From assembly GCF_006345805.1 (NCBI RefSeq), contig NC_043007.1, positions 38,192,001 through 38,256,000 of the forward strand: 64,000 bases of DNA, in the 5' to 3' direction. Under the pieces are notes generated by a model. The model was not told where the DNA came from. It did not search any database and saw nothing but the letters and a program-made list of their open reading frames with translations. The translations under genes and the position numbers were made by a program. Shown one piece after another: positions 38,118 to 51,000 of the stretch (positions are counted from its first letter, which is position 1; every line of letters starts with the position of its first letter). The stretch is from Octopus sinensis. Lineage: Eukaryota.

Positions 38118-40437
38118 GTCTATCTAAATATCTACCCACCTTTTCATATATCTATCTATCCAGTCTTCCTTCTTCCTCTCTATCCATCATCTGCATAGCT
38201 ATCCTTCCATCCATGTCTTACACCCACCCTTCTCTATATCTGCCCTCCCATCTATCTCTACATCTATTCTTCCATTCATCTGCCCTTCTCACCATCTGTT
38301 TGGTCTGTACTATTCATTCTTCTCGCTCTTTGTCTTTTGAACTTTCCTTCTTTTCAGTCATCTGTCTCTCTTTTGTTTTTGTTTTCTCTCATTAATGTTC
38401 TTTCTTTCTTTAGCCACTGATGAAAAGAAAGTAAAAACTGTGAGGTTTGAAGATCTTGAACAAGACGCCGACTCCGAAGAAGAACCTATCGGAATTGAGC
38501 AAGAACGAGATGTTGCTCTCTATCGCAGTTTCTGCATCTTAAAGAACGTGCAGGATGCCATTTTGTATGGAGCCCTGCATGCCCACTCCAGGCTGATGAA
38601 CCCAACATATTACAACATCCAGAGTTCCTCCCACAATTACAGCTGGAGCAAAGACAGTACACTGAGCGATGCTAGTGAGAGTGGCAGTCGCCTCTCTTCT
38701 GCTGCTGGTGAACGAACTTCAGGCTATCTACCTGTGTGGAATTCTGACTTTACTGCTGGTGATATCCAACAGCTCTACAACAAGAATGTCTTGCAAAAAC
38801 TTCAGAATGCCAAAAACCATCTGCGACAGCTTTATCCTCTGGCTTACCGTGTTGAGATTCTGGAAAATGTCTTCTCTTTATTGTTTGTCAGCCACAAAGA
38901 ACTTCAAGACACTTTCTTCACTACTGAGACCGATGACACGGATGACAGTGATGAGAAACAAAGTGTACATGACAGCAACGAGAACCTGATGAACATCAGT
39001 ATCCAATCTGAAGAGGAATCTATCTTGTCTGAAATAACACATACGTCTGAAGCAAGTCGTGATATTGGATCATTGCCTCTTGGGGCTGCTGAAAGTATTG
39101 AATATGATGTCCCATTTGTAGAGTACTCACCTGAAGAATTACCTAAGATAGAAGAAAGCAAGACCGAAGTTTCAGAGCCAGTTGTTGAAGTTAAAAAGCC
39201 ATTGCCCCAGCGCCAAGAATCCCACGTAAAAGAAGCAGAAATAAGAATTTCTCGTTTTAGTATGGACTTGAAAACTGAAAACCGTAATTCTAATACAAAA
39301 GTCACTTCCCAGTTTGGTAAGCCATTACAAATTGGTCTTTTGACCAACGAATACCTTGTACGAGACATTCTGGATTTGCTACAAGAAAGCTTACAGACTT
39401 TGAATGCAACAAATTTCCAATTATCAAACACAACTGTGATGAAAGAAGAGAATTTGAATATTCTCGACCTTGAGGAGAACCTACCACTCATTCTGCCAAT
39501 GAGCATCAACCAGTCATCTCTGAAAAGTCGCATCTCCAAACTGTCACAAGTTGTCAGTGAAGCCCAGTGGAGGTTTCAGCTTGTCTGCAATGACCAAATA
39601 CCACGGGAGGTCGGTAAGGTCTTGCTGCATGTGTACAATCCTTCTGTTGACTCCATCTGTGATGAAAGTGTACGTTTCAGTGATTGTGCCATGTCAAAGA
39701 AAAGCAACAAAATGTCCAGTTTATCAGAGATTTCCCTAACATGTGAGTAGACTTTTATCATTGAAATTAGGGACTTACTGGTTTGTTTCTATTATAAGAC
39801 TATTGTCAGTGAAATTAGGGAGCCACAGATCCTATTGCTCTGCAAACTGTGACTGTGTCTATTAGAAACTGGTTGGATTTAATTTTCAGCAGACTTTATA
39901 AATAATTGTTTGTCTCTTATAATCAATTATTCTTGGGTGGTAGACTTAATAATAATAAGGCGGTGAGCTGGCAGAAACGTTAGCACGCCAGGCAAAATGC
40001 GTAGCCGTATTTCGTCTGCCTTTATGTTCTGATTTCAAATTCCGCCGAGGTCGACTTTGCCTTTCATCCTTTCGGGGTCAATAAATTAAGTAGCAGTTAA
40101 ACACTGAGGTCGATGTAATTGACTTAATCCGTTTGTCTGTCCTTGTTTGTCCCCTCTGTGTTTAGCCCCTTGTGAGTAGTAAAGAAATAGGTAGACTTAA
40201 TAATAATAACAATAATAATTTCTATTATACTATTATAAGCACAAGGCCTGAAATTGAGCGGGGGGGGGGTTAGTTGATTATATCGACCCCAGTGTTTCAC
40301 TGGTACTCAATTTATCACCCCGAAAGGATGAAAGGCAAAGTCAGCCTTGGCAGAATTTGAACTCTGAATGTAGCGATGGACGAAATACCGCTAAGCATTT
40401 CATCCAACATGCTAATGTCTCTGCCAGATCCCCACCT

Positions 40438-40470
<33 letters not shown>

Positions 40471-42570
40471 CCTTTTTACTATAGGCACAAGGCCTAAAAT
40501 TTTAGGAGAGAGGGTTAGTTGATTACAACAACCCCAGAGTGATGAAAGGTAAAGTTAATCTAGGTAGTATTTAACTTCACTGATAATAATAATAAAATAA
40601 TAATAATAATAATAATGTTAATAATATGTTTGTTTTTCCTGTAGCTGGAGAAGATGGTGAAGTGTGGGATTCTCCAGGAATCTGTAGTGAAGGTGCTAGC
40701 TATATGAAATCCTCCTCTGCTACTGCATTGCCTTCATCAAAGAAAATATTAAAGAAACCTCGTTCCCGGTCACGTACACCCAGCATGTCCTCTGTGGCTT
40801 CTGTCAGTCGACGCCTTTCGTCAGGCATCATTCAAGATATGCTTCTTTCCAACCGTGCATTACTTGTGAAATGTTTGAAACAAGGAAAGTTCATTGAAGC
40901 CCACCAAGTCATCAAAGTAAGTAGAAGTTAAGATATATAAATACACACACATATATATACAGAGTTATTAGTGAGGGATTATCAATCCAGGCAAAATACT
41001 TTATCTCTCTGTTAGTACACCAGGCCAACCATATTGCTTAGATTAATAAAGAGCTCCTTGTATTCTTGTAGCAGTGTCTGAGGTTATACTTCATCGACAC
41101 ACACACACACATACACATGTATATGGATTAACATGGCAACCAAAATAGAGATGATTACCAGCACTCTCAAGTGGACTGCTTGAAGAGTTGTGGAAATTAA
41201 TGTGCATAAAATATATATATATTTATCCACTAAATGCAGTGTTGGGAACTAATTCTTGATATTGTGTGTGTGACTGTATGTATGTATGCACATACGTATA
41301 TATGCATGCATGTATGTATGTATACACAAGCATCCATTCATACTCATTTACCAGCATCGCCTTACTGGCACCTGTGCTAGTGGCATGTGTAAAAAGATTC
41401 GAGTGAGGTCGTTACCAGTACCACCTGACTGGCCCCCGTACCGGTGGCATGTAAAAAGCACCCACTACAGTCTCAGAGTACTTGGCATTAGGAAAGGCAT
41501 CCAGCTGTAGAAACTCTGCCAGATCAAGATAGGAGCCTGGTGCAGCCATCTGGTTTGCCAGCCCTCAGTCAAAATCGTCCAACCCATGCTAGCATGGAAA
41601 ATGTTAAATGATGATGATGATGATGATTATTTCAGTAACTTTCATAACTTTGCCATGGGGATTTTTTTTTAAAGAATATTTATTCTTATTTGTTTTTAAT
41701 GCAATTTTTCTGTTTACTAGTTGTTCAAGATGGAGGACTCTGCAGAAGTTGCTGAAGTGACTTTCCTAGAAGCCTTCCTCAAAGCTGTGAACCAAATACA
41801 AGCCTACTGCAAGCAGGCCCATAACCTCTCCTTGTCAGACTTCACATCTACCTCAAAAGACTCAATGAAACAACTTGCTAGTGTTGCTGCTGCTGGTGTT
41901 GCAACTGCCACCATTTCCTCATGTGCTGCTGAATTGCTCTCCATCTCTGTATATCCTCATCTTCCCACCCCACAGAACATTGCTAGTTTGGTGCCAAACT
42001 ATTCTGCCTTTTTCAGTGCTGATAATTTATCAGCTATGATACTCTTTGATCTAGCATGCAGTGCCTGCAAGACCTATGACACATCTAGCATGATTCTGGA
42101 GTCTATCAAAGCACATATGCATGCCAAGAAACGCACCTCATCTGGTTTGTCGAATAAGGACATGAATTTTGATTTTAGGCCATCAAAAGAGTGCAAGGTT
42201 TGTGCCATCTTCTTTTACTTTTTGTTCTTTCTTGGCCATTTTTCTTTTTTTTTCTCCTTTTTTTTTTTGCAAGTAATAAGAAATTATAATGTAATTAAAC
42301 CTTTCAATACCAATGTACCTGAGATCATCCCTGATTTCTTTAATGCAAAACTTCTTGATATCCCTCTCTCTCTTTTGGAGAGGCACAAGCACTTACACGC
42401 ACATGTACACACACGGCAGTAACTTCCACCTACCGAATTCAATCACAAAGCTCCGGTCGGCTCGGGGCTATAGCAGAAGACACCTACCCAAAGTGCCACG
42501 CAGTGGGACTGAACCCAAAGCCATGTAGCTAGGAAGCAAGCTCCCTAACCACACAGCCATGCCCGCGCCT

Positions 42571-42603
<33 letters not shown>

Positions 42604-45600
42604 CACCACCAAGTAAGTTAGGGGTTGTGGCCCAACCCACTAAGGGACAATACTTATCCAATATACTGTTGGTATAATACCCAAATTATTAATACACAAG
42701 TGTTTTTAATTGCAATGCAATAAGCTTACTTATTTTATTAAATGGATGAAGGTAAAGAAATATTTTACCATTAATTTATATTACAAATAAGAAAATGGAG
42801 AAGCACATTAGTTGGTTTATCAGCTTTTGGATATTAGAATGTTGACTTATTTATTTATCAAAACAACAACCCTAATAACATACATATATACAGTAAGGTT
42901 TTTTTTAATAACTACTTGTATTCTTATATGCATTGAATTTTATACTGTATATATGCATGTTATTATGGTTGTTGTTTTGATAAATAAATAAGTCAACATT
43001 CTAATATCCTAAAGCTGATAAACCAGCTAATTTGTTTCTCCATTTTCTTATTTGTAATATATATATATCTGTGTGTGTTTGTATGTATGTGTGTGTCATT
43101 GTTTTAGCATCCACTTTTCCATGCTTGCATAGCTTAGACACAATTTATTGAGACAGTTTTTCTACAACTAGATGCCCTTCTTTCAGCAACTCTCATTGGT
43201 TTCTAAGCAGGGTAATATTTCTCCATTGATTGTATGATTGTTTAGAACCATCAGATGATGACAAGACAAAGGTACACACAAACACATGCATGCACATACA
43301 TACATGATGGGATTCTTCATGGTCCTGTCTACCAGATCGATTTAAAGGTTTGAGCTTAAACTATAGTAGAATATACATGCTCACAAGGTGCCACACAGTG
43401 GCACTGAACCCTAGGTCACATGGTAGGCAAGCAAGCTTCTCAATCACACAACCATGCCTGCACCTGTGTCACACCTTCTCTTATACCACACCTGAGACAC
43501 ACTTACATATAGCTACAGTCTAACCAAATGATTAGGAAATATGGTTTACCACCACAAGGTCCCAAGTTCAATCCCACTGTGTGACATATTAGTGTCATTT
43601 TCTATAACCTAAGGTCAATCCATATGTCAAGTGAAATTGGCTGGGCAAAAATGGTATAGAAGTCCGTTGGATGGATTGTACCTGTAGTTCAAAAATATGG
43701 TCTTATAACATACTGTCAACTGTGTTTCTACTTCAGAATTATGTTAAGGATACATGTGTCTGAGGAATACTTAGCCATTTACTTGTTAATTCAATGAGCA
43801 GGTAATAACTGTATGTATGTATACACACACACACACATATATACCAAACTGCATCTCATCTTGTTTAATTCTATTCCCAATTAGTTGAGATATAACTCTC
43901 TCTGTAATTTTCATGACCTGATCCCGCAGTTTGATACCTCTGTAGTTGTTTCTATCTAAGGCACCACCTTTACCCATGTAGCAGCTGACTATAATACTGC
44001 TACACCAGTCTTTGGGTGACACCTTCCTGAATAACCTGATTAACTATGCAAGTGACTTGGTTGTATCGCACACTACCTGATATTTTAATCATCTCAGCAG
44101 TGATACCCGATGGTCCAGGGGCTTTCTCAGTCTTCATTTTCTTAATTGCCTTATCTATTATACAGCTATTCACTCTGATGGCTGGTCCCTCAATTGGTTC
44201 AATATTTGAAAGACTCTCCTTCTCCTAATCATTCTCCACGTTTAACAACCTTTCAGACTGGCATCTCCACACATCTTTCTTCTCTGAGTCACTAAGTGCA
44301 AGCATACCATTATCCATTCGCACACATTTCTCACCTTCCACATCTCTATTCTCTCTGAGACACTGCTTTGCAATCCTGAACACCTCATGCTTCATAACAC
44401 AGAAACCTGGACACTAAAGGGTTAAACACCTACTGGCAAAATTTCAAGACTATAAAAATGAACATGATTAATTCAAAACAATGTGAATAAATAAGCTTTA
44501 CATTTAACAGAGCAATTTGTATGCTGAAGGGTTAAGTGTCTAATTGAACTATTGGAAGTCAGCAGCAAATTCTAAATAACACACATGGTCAGTGGAACCT
44601 CAACATCCATAGAGATATGATAAAATGTATATGAATTCCTTTCAAGTCATTTACATAACATGTTATATCATTACTGTTTTCATTTCCCATCTCCACTAGA
44701 TACTTGGTTTCCCTGGTTTTCTTGACATGCTTGAGTGGCGTGTGCAACTATCAGACGATGTTGAGACCTGTCTTCTGCTTGAAACATCAAAGGCTCTTGC
44801 CAACGTATTTGCTGACAGTATCCAAACAATCTTGACGTCTTCCGAGTTTCCATTTCTTCCAAAGCGCTGTAAGCAGTACCTGGAAGCAAATAAGTCATTA
44901 CAGTTAGCAGTGGTGTCGACTTGGGAACAGTTTCTTGTGAACCAAAAGTACTTTGTCATGAAAAAGAAGATCTCCTGGAAACACAAGAATATCATCGCTT
45001 CTGAAACCGTGAAGAATTCTGACGGCCTCTATTCCATCTTTGAGATGCTGCTGATGACCATGGAGAAGCATCGAGAAAACATCGGAGTTTACAGTTTCTT
45101 AACTAGGTATGGAAAACTTTGTTACCTTTCTTTCTTTCTCTTTCACCACTTTTTATCATAGTCTCCCTGTCTTTATTTTTTTTACTTCTTCTTTACTTGT
45201 GTGTGTGTATGAGTGCATGTGTGTGTATGAGTGCAAGTGTGTGTGTGTATGAGTGCATGTGTGTGTGTGTGTGTAAACACTGCTTAGCGCAATTACTCCG
45301 ATATTTTTCTCAATCAGGTGATCTACTTGCGCAAATCAGTCAACGTGTTGGTTGAATTATATATAAAGCTATAAGCTTTATCAGTTTGTTCAGGTTTGCC
45401 TCTCTTAAGTACATCTCATTGACGAGAGTCAATAAACTCGAAACATCAATGTCTGAAATTCCCGCGAGAGGGTGACACTGAATGAAAGGGGTGTTTTCAC
45501 ACCATTTTACCATAAGAGAGATTTTTTTCTCCATGGATTTTTTTTCTCGTCTCTCTCTCTCTTTCTGTATATATATGTATGTATATACCTATATCTACAT

Positions 45601-47672
45601 CTATCTGTCTCTCTAGCACTCAATCACTCCTTTTTAAGTTATATTCACATTTATTAGCTTTTTCTAACTCTACATACTTTCAAAGCAAGAATATATGTTT
45701 TTTTTAATGTGAAATTCGTTATTAATTTCCATGTTAGTCACACCTTGCTCAGTATGATGTTGAAAGGACACTACTTAAAGACAATGACTTCATGTGGGCA
45801 GAGATTTTGCTAATTCTTCATTGCTTAATTGTTCACTAGCTATTTCAGATCATCTGGGAATCTTACATTTTTGTAATCCACTACCCATCATAGAGAAGAG
45901 GTGAAACTCATCTACTTGTCTCCAGAAACTTTACTTTGTCACGGGTCACCTAACAGTTGGGAGTAGTTGCTTGATCATCTAGGAATATTTGTGGTTATAG
46001 ACCTGCCCACCACAACAGAATTGAGATCCTAAAACCAAAGTGCCACATAAAACGCATTGGTGTGGATGCTGGTGCCACAGGAAAAGCACTGGTGATAGTC
46101 CCGCTTAAAAAGCATCCCAGTACACCATAAAGCAATAGGGTGGGCCTTGGTCCCCAAGTGGGTCACTGATGGCCTTGAGCCATTAAAAAATTTTTTTTGA
46201 ATATAACATTTTTGAGCCAATGAGCTGTTTATGACTCTTACATAGTTTTTTGTGTTAAGATTTGTTTAATTTTTGCTTTTATAAGCATTATCAGTGATGG
46301 AAATGGTGAGATAAAGAGGTGATATATTTTATATGTATGATATGCATATGTAAAAAAAAATTGATAATGAATAAATCAAACATGAGCTATTACAAAATTA
46401 AATTGCTGACTTCTACTCTCACTGACTTCTACTTGTCTGTTCCAGACAAATCTCATCTAATTCTTTGATAACCAACTACAAAAACTATTTGTTGAGTTTA
46501 TACAAGCACACACAGATTCTGGCAAACCTGCTCAATGATAATGAACCTAACAGTTCTGGTAAGCTTTGTTTCTCTTCTTGTTGTTATTTTAGAATTGTTA
46601 AAGTTGAAGTTTCCCCAAAATCATCATTACTTTCCATGCTGCTAATTGATATAACAATTTTGTGCATCTGTTTGCTTCTGCATGTCTTCATATCGATATC
46701 ATTTAATCAGTTGTGGCATTTGTTTACATCATCTGTAACAATGAATATTGTGATGACCAGTGGAATAAAAATATCTTACTTGAAAAAGCAAATAAAAATT
46801 GGTGACAGGAATGACATCCAGTCATAGAATACTGCTTCAACAAATCTTGTCCAACCCATGCCACTATGTAAAAGCAGATGTTAAAATGATGATAATGATA
46901 GTTCTGATGGATTTCTTATGTAAAAACTGAAAATAATAAACACACACATTATCCATAATGTGGAGTTGATAGATTTGTTAGAGCATTGGAAAAATACTTT
47001 ACAGGATTTGTTCTGAGTTCAAATCTGCTTTGAACTCAGCGTTGCCTTTCTTCTTTCCAAGGTCAATAAAATAAAGTACCAGTCAAGTACTGGGGTCAGT
47101 ATAATCAACTAGCCCTCTCCTCACAAATTTCAGGCTTTGTGCCAATATTAGAAACAGCTTTATGATTATCACTGTTTCTTCCCCATCAGAAACTGCTATA
47201 ATGAAGAATTACTTCAAAGTCTTGGATGAAGGTCCAGTTATCACCATTGGAAAAATGATGTTTGGCAAACGAATACCTCCCCACAAGTAAGTTGCTTTTT
47301 TATTTTTTATTTTTTCCACAACCAATGAACAATGTACAGCTGGTTTGAAGAGAGAGTTTGTACAGTAATGTCTGTCCTTGAGAAATATCTCAATTGAATT
47401 TTGTCATGAAGTTGTAGACCTGTGATGATGATAACAGATTTTTGCTACAAGCATTGTACACATCAACCTGAAGTGAACTTTTTTGTTTCTAAGTCACAGA
47501 CTGTGGACACTAAGTTCATTTTGTATCCATGTGGTCTTAATTTCTATCTCACTGTGTGGCACCTTGGACAAATATCATCTTCTGCAGCTTGGATTGAGAA
47601 ATGGCTGTGAGTGGAATTGGTGGATAAAACTTTATGTGTGTGTGTGTGTGTGCGCGAGTACATACATACATA

Positions 47673-47743
<71 letters not shown>

Positions 47744-47986
47744 CTTGGTGCATAATTATTGTGGCTTTTTTTTCAACAAATTTTATTCACCAAAAACAAT
47801 AACCACATGTAACAAAAACAATTTTAAATGATTATTCCAAAGCATATTCACCATCTACTTCAATTACTGTTTCCCATCTGCTTGGCAGATGGTCAGACCA
47901 TCATTTAAAGATGTTTTTGTTGAATATTGTTATTGTTTTTGTTGAATAAAATTTGTTGATAAAAGCCACAATAATTATGCGGCAAC

Positions 47987-48077
<91 letters not shown>

Positions 48078-51000
48078 CCAGGTAGAAAGATAAAAGAACT
48101 TAACTAAACAGTTAAGTATGGAAAAAAAATGGTAAGTGCTTATCTGAGAATGCCAGGCTTCACAGCATGGAAAAACATACTGTAAAGCAATGAATGCATT
48201 CAATATGGACTGATCTGACGTTTCATAACAACATTTTAAATAACATTTCAAATAATTATTTTCATCTGTTTCTCTTTTCTTTCGTCCATTCTTTATCAGA
48301 CTTGAGAAAGTTGCTGAAGATTTAAGCCTTAACCTTACTCATGTCATTGTCCACAACTGCTGTCCCAAAATTCTCAGCAAACATCAGTCGTCAGGTGAAA
48401 TAAAGTTGCCATGTCATGGTAAGTGTTATCTTTGAATATCAAATCAATTTTAGGAGTTTAAAAAAGATTTTGCTTCTTTCTTCAATCTCTCATCTGTATG
48501 CAGTGATGATGATGATGGGAGTAGCAACACTGAGGAGAGGATGGAAGTGATAAATGTTTTACTGCTTCTCACATATTACTTATACTTTTATCGACTTTGG
48601 TTATTTTACCTTTAATGTAAGGTTACATTTCTGTATTTCTCAAATGAGAAATTATTGAAAAGGCATGTTTGTATGGTTGAGAAATTTGCTTCACAACCAT
48701 ATAGTTCAGACTCAGTCCCACTACACATTACTTTTGGCTTGTGTCTTCAACTATAGCACTGGGTCGATTAAAGCTTTACAAGTCGATTAGTGGATTTGAT
48801 AGACTGAAATTGAAAGAAGTCTATCTTGTGTGTGGGGGGGGGGGGGGTGCACCCTTTGTCTTGGCATAATGTAATGTTTGTAAATGAGCATCTGCCATTT
48901 CCAGTCTTCCATGGAAGACATATCTGATCACATGTCTTGCTTGGTAACAGGTGAGAGTTAGTGATGGGCAAGGCATCTGGCCATAGAAAATCTGCCTCAT
49001 TGAATTCCACATGACCCTCAAGCGTCAAAAGTGGACATTGTATGATGATAATGATGATGCCACCAATGTAGTAGTAGTAATAGTAGTAGTAGTAGTAGTA
49101 TATATGCTCAGGCAGATGACTTTATATAAAACGACCATCGTTTTCTATAATGTACCTAGCTGTTAGAAATAGGTAACATGCGATCACATGACCAACCAGA
49201 CTATCAGATATTGTTACACATTGCTGGTCACAATGCACTTTGCATCATTTAAGCCTTCAAATGACGCCACCCCTCTGGCTAGGCGAGTGGGCCAACATAC
49301 CCCCAGATTGAAGGAGGGCCTGGAGCAGGGAACTCCTCTGACCTATATGAGCATGAAAAGTGGACATTAAGAAATGATGATGAAATCAATGTGTGTGTGT
49401 TTGTGTTTGAAATAAATGAAAAAGAATGTCTGTGTTTATACCCTGTAACTTAGCAATTCAGTGAGCAGCAATTGCTAATTAAGTACTTGACTTAAAAATA
49501 ATTTGTGGGGTCAATATGATTGACTGAAACATTTCAAGGCAGTGCCCCAGCATGGCCACAGTCTAATAACTGAAACAAGAGTAGTAGTTGCTTGTTTTTT
49601 TTTTTGGCTTTTTTGGTTCAAATGTATTTTGATGTGTCTAGAGAGAGTCATTGTTTTGTTAGCCTGATTTTGTTGAATATTTACTAATTTGTTTTATTTG
49701 AAATTCTCATAACTATTGCAAATTTGCAATGTTCTAGATCTTTCTGGAAATTCCTTTGGAGGAGTGATTGTTTTGAACAACAAAGGTGCTTCAACATCAT
49801 CAAGTAATGCCGAGAAAGATGTAAGGACAATACTTACAAATTTGGTTCACGCTATGAAAGGTATGTAGTCATTAAGTTAGCATTACTACTGTACATTTAC
49901 TATTTATCATTCTAAATCAAATATTAAAAATTTCTTATGTTTAAATTTTGGTGTAGGTTTTGTATATGTCCCCATAACTTAGCAGTGTGGCGAAAAAGAC
50001 AATTTTATTGGTCTCTTTTGCTGAACCACTAACCTATGGAGACATAAAGAAATGAATGCTAATTATCAAGCAGTGGGGAGGAGGACACAAACACAAGCAC
50101 AAAGACACCCACAAATACTTACATGCATATATACAAAGCAATACCCAAAAGTAACTGGAAATGTTCTCTGTGGTTCAAGCCTATTGTAGTTCAAGCTTTC
50201 ACCACTAGAAGACACTAAGGCATCAGTCCACCGACTGGCATCTTGCCGTGAGGTCATACTGCCAAGTGGTGTGTCTGTTTTACAGTGCTTCTCCCCTGAA
50301 GTTTTAAAAGAAAAAGTTATGAGTGTTTGTTTCTCAAATTTGAGGGTGATAATATAGTTCTATACTTCTTTATGAATATAGTTCTGTGCTAGTGGCACGT
50401 AAAAAGCACCATCCGAATGTGGCCGATGCCAGTACCCCATGACTGGCCCCCATGCCAATGGCATGTAAAAAGGACTATCTGAACATGATCGATGCCAGGC
50501 TCATCTGACTGGCTCCTGTGCTGGTGGCATGTAAAAAGCACCCACTACACTCTCGGAGTGGTTGACATTAGGAAGGGCATCCAGCTGTAGAAACATTGCC
50601 AGATCAGATTGGAGCCTGGTGCAGCCTCTGGCTCTCCAGACCTCAGTAAAACCATCCAACCCATGCCAGCATAGAAAGCAAACATTAAATGATGATAAGG
50701 GGGACTTTTAATATGTGTCACCAGTATCATTGAGGTAATTTTCACTATGGTAAAATCTTAAATTATTATTTGACACATTATTAATTAGCATAATAACATA
50801 GCCTGGCCAAAACATGGATTACATGGAAAAATGTGAGCAAGAGAAATGATATTTTTAAGATTATAAACTTGGTAAAGTACAGAACAAGAAAATTTTCACT
50901 TAAAATATTGCAGCTAAGGATAAAATTTGAATATTAAAAATTATTTGATTTTAATTCACAAAATAACATTATAATTAAAAACGGTACCATCATTTTGTGA

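Noticed and set aside
38904-39539. 211-aa - strand ORF
   Set aside because: Antisense to exon 8; no independent coding signal.
42198-42422. Continuation of the exon 10 ORF (CAIFFYFLFFLG..HTRQ)
   Set aside because: T-rich intron read-through into a SINE; the donor at 42198 joins exon 11 in phase with spastizin-like sequence.
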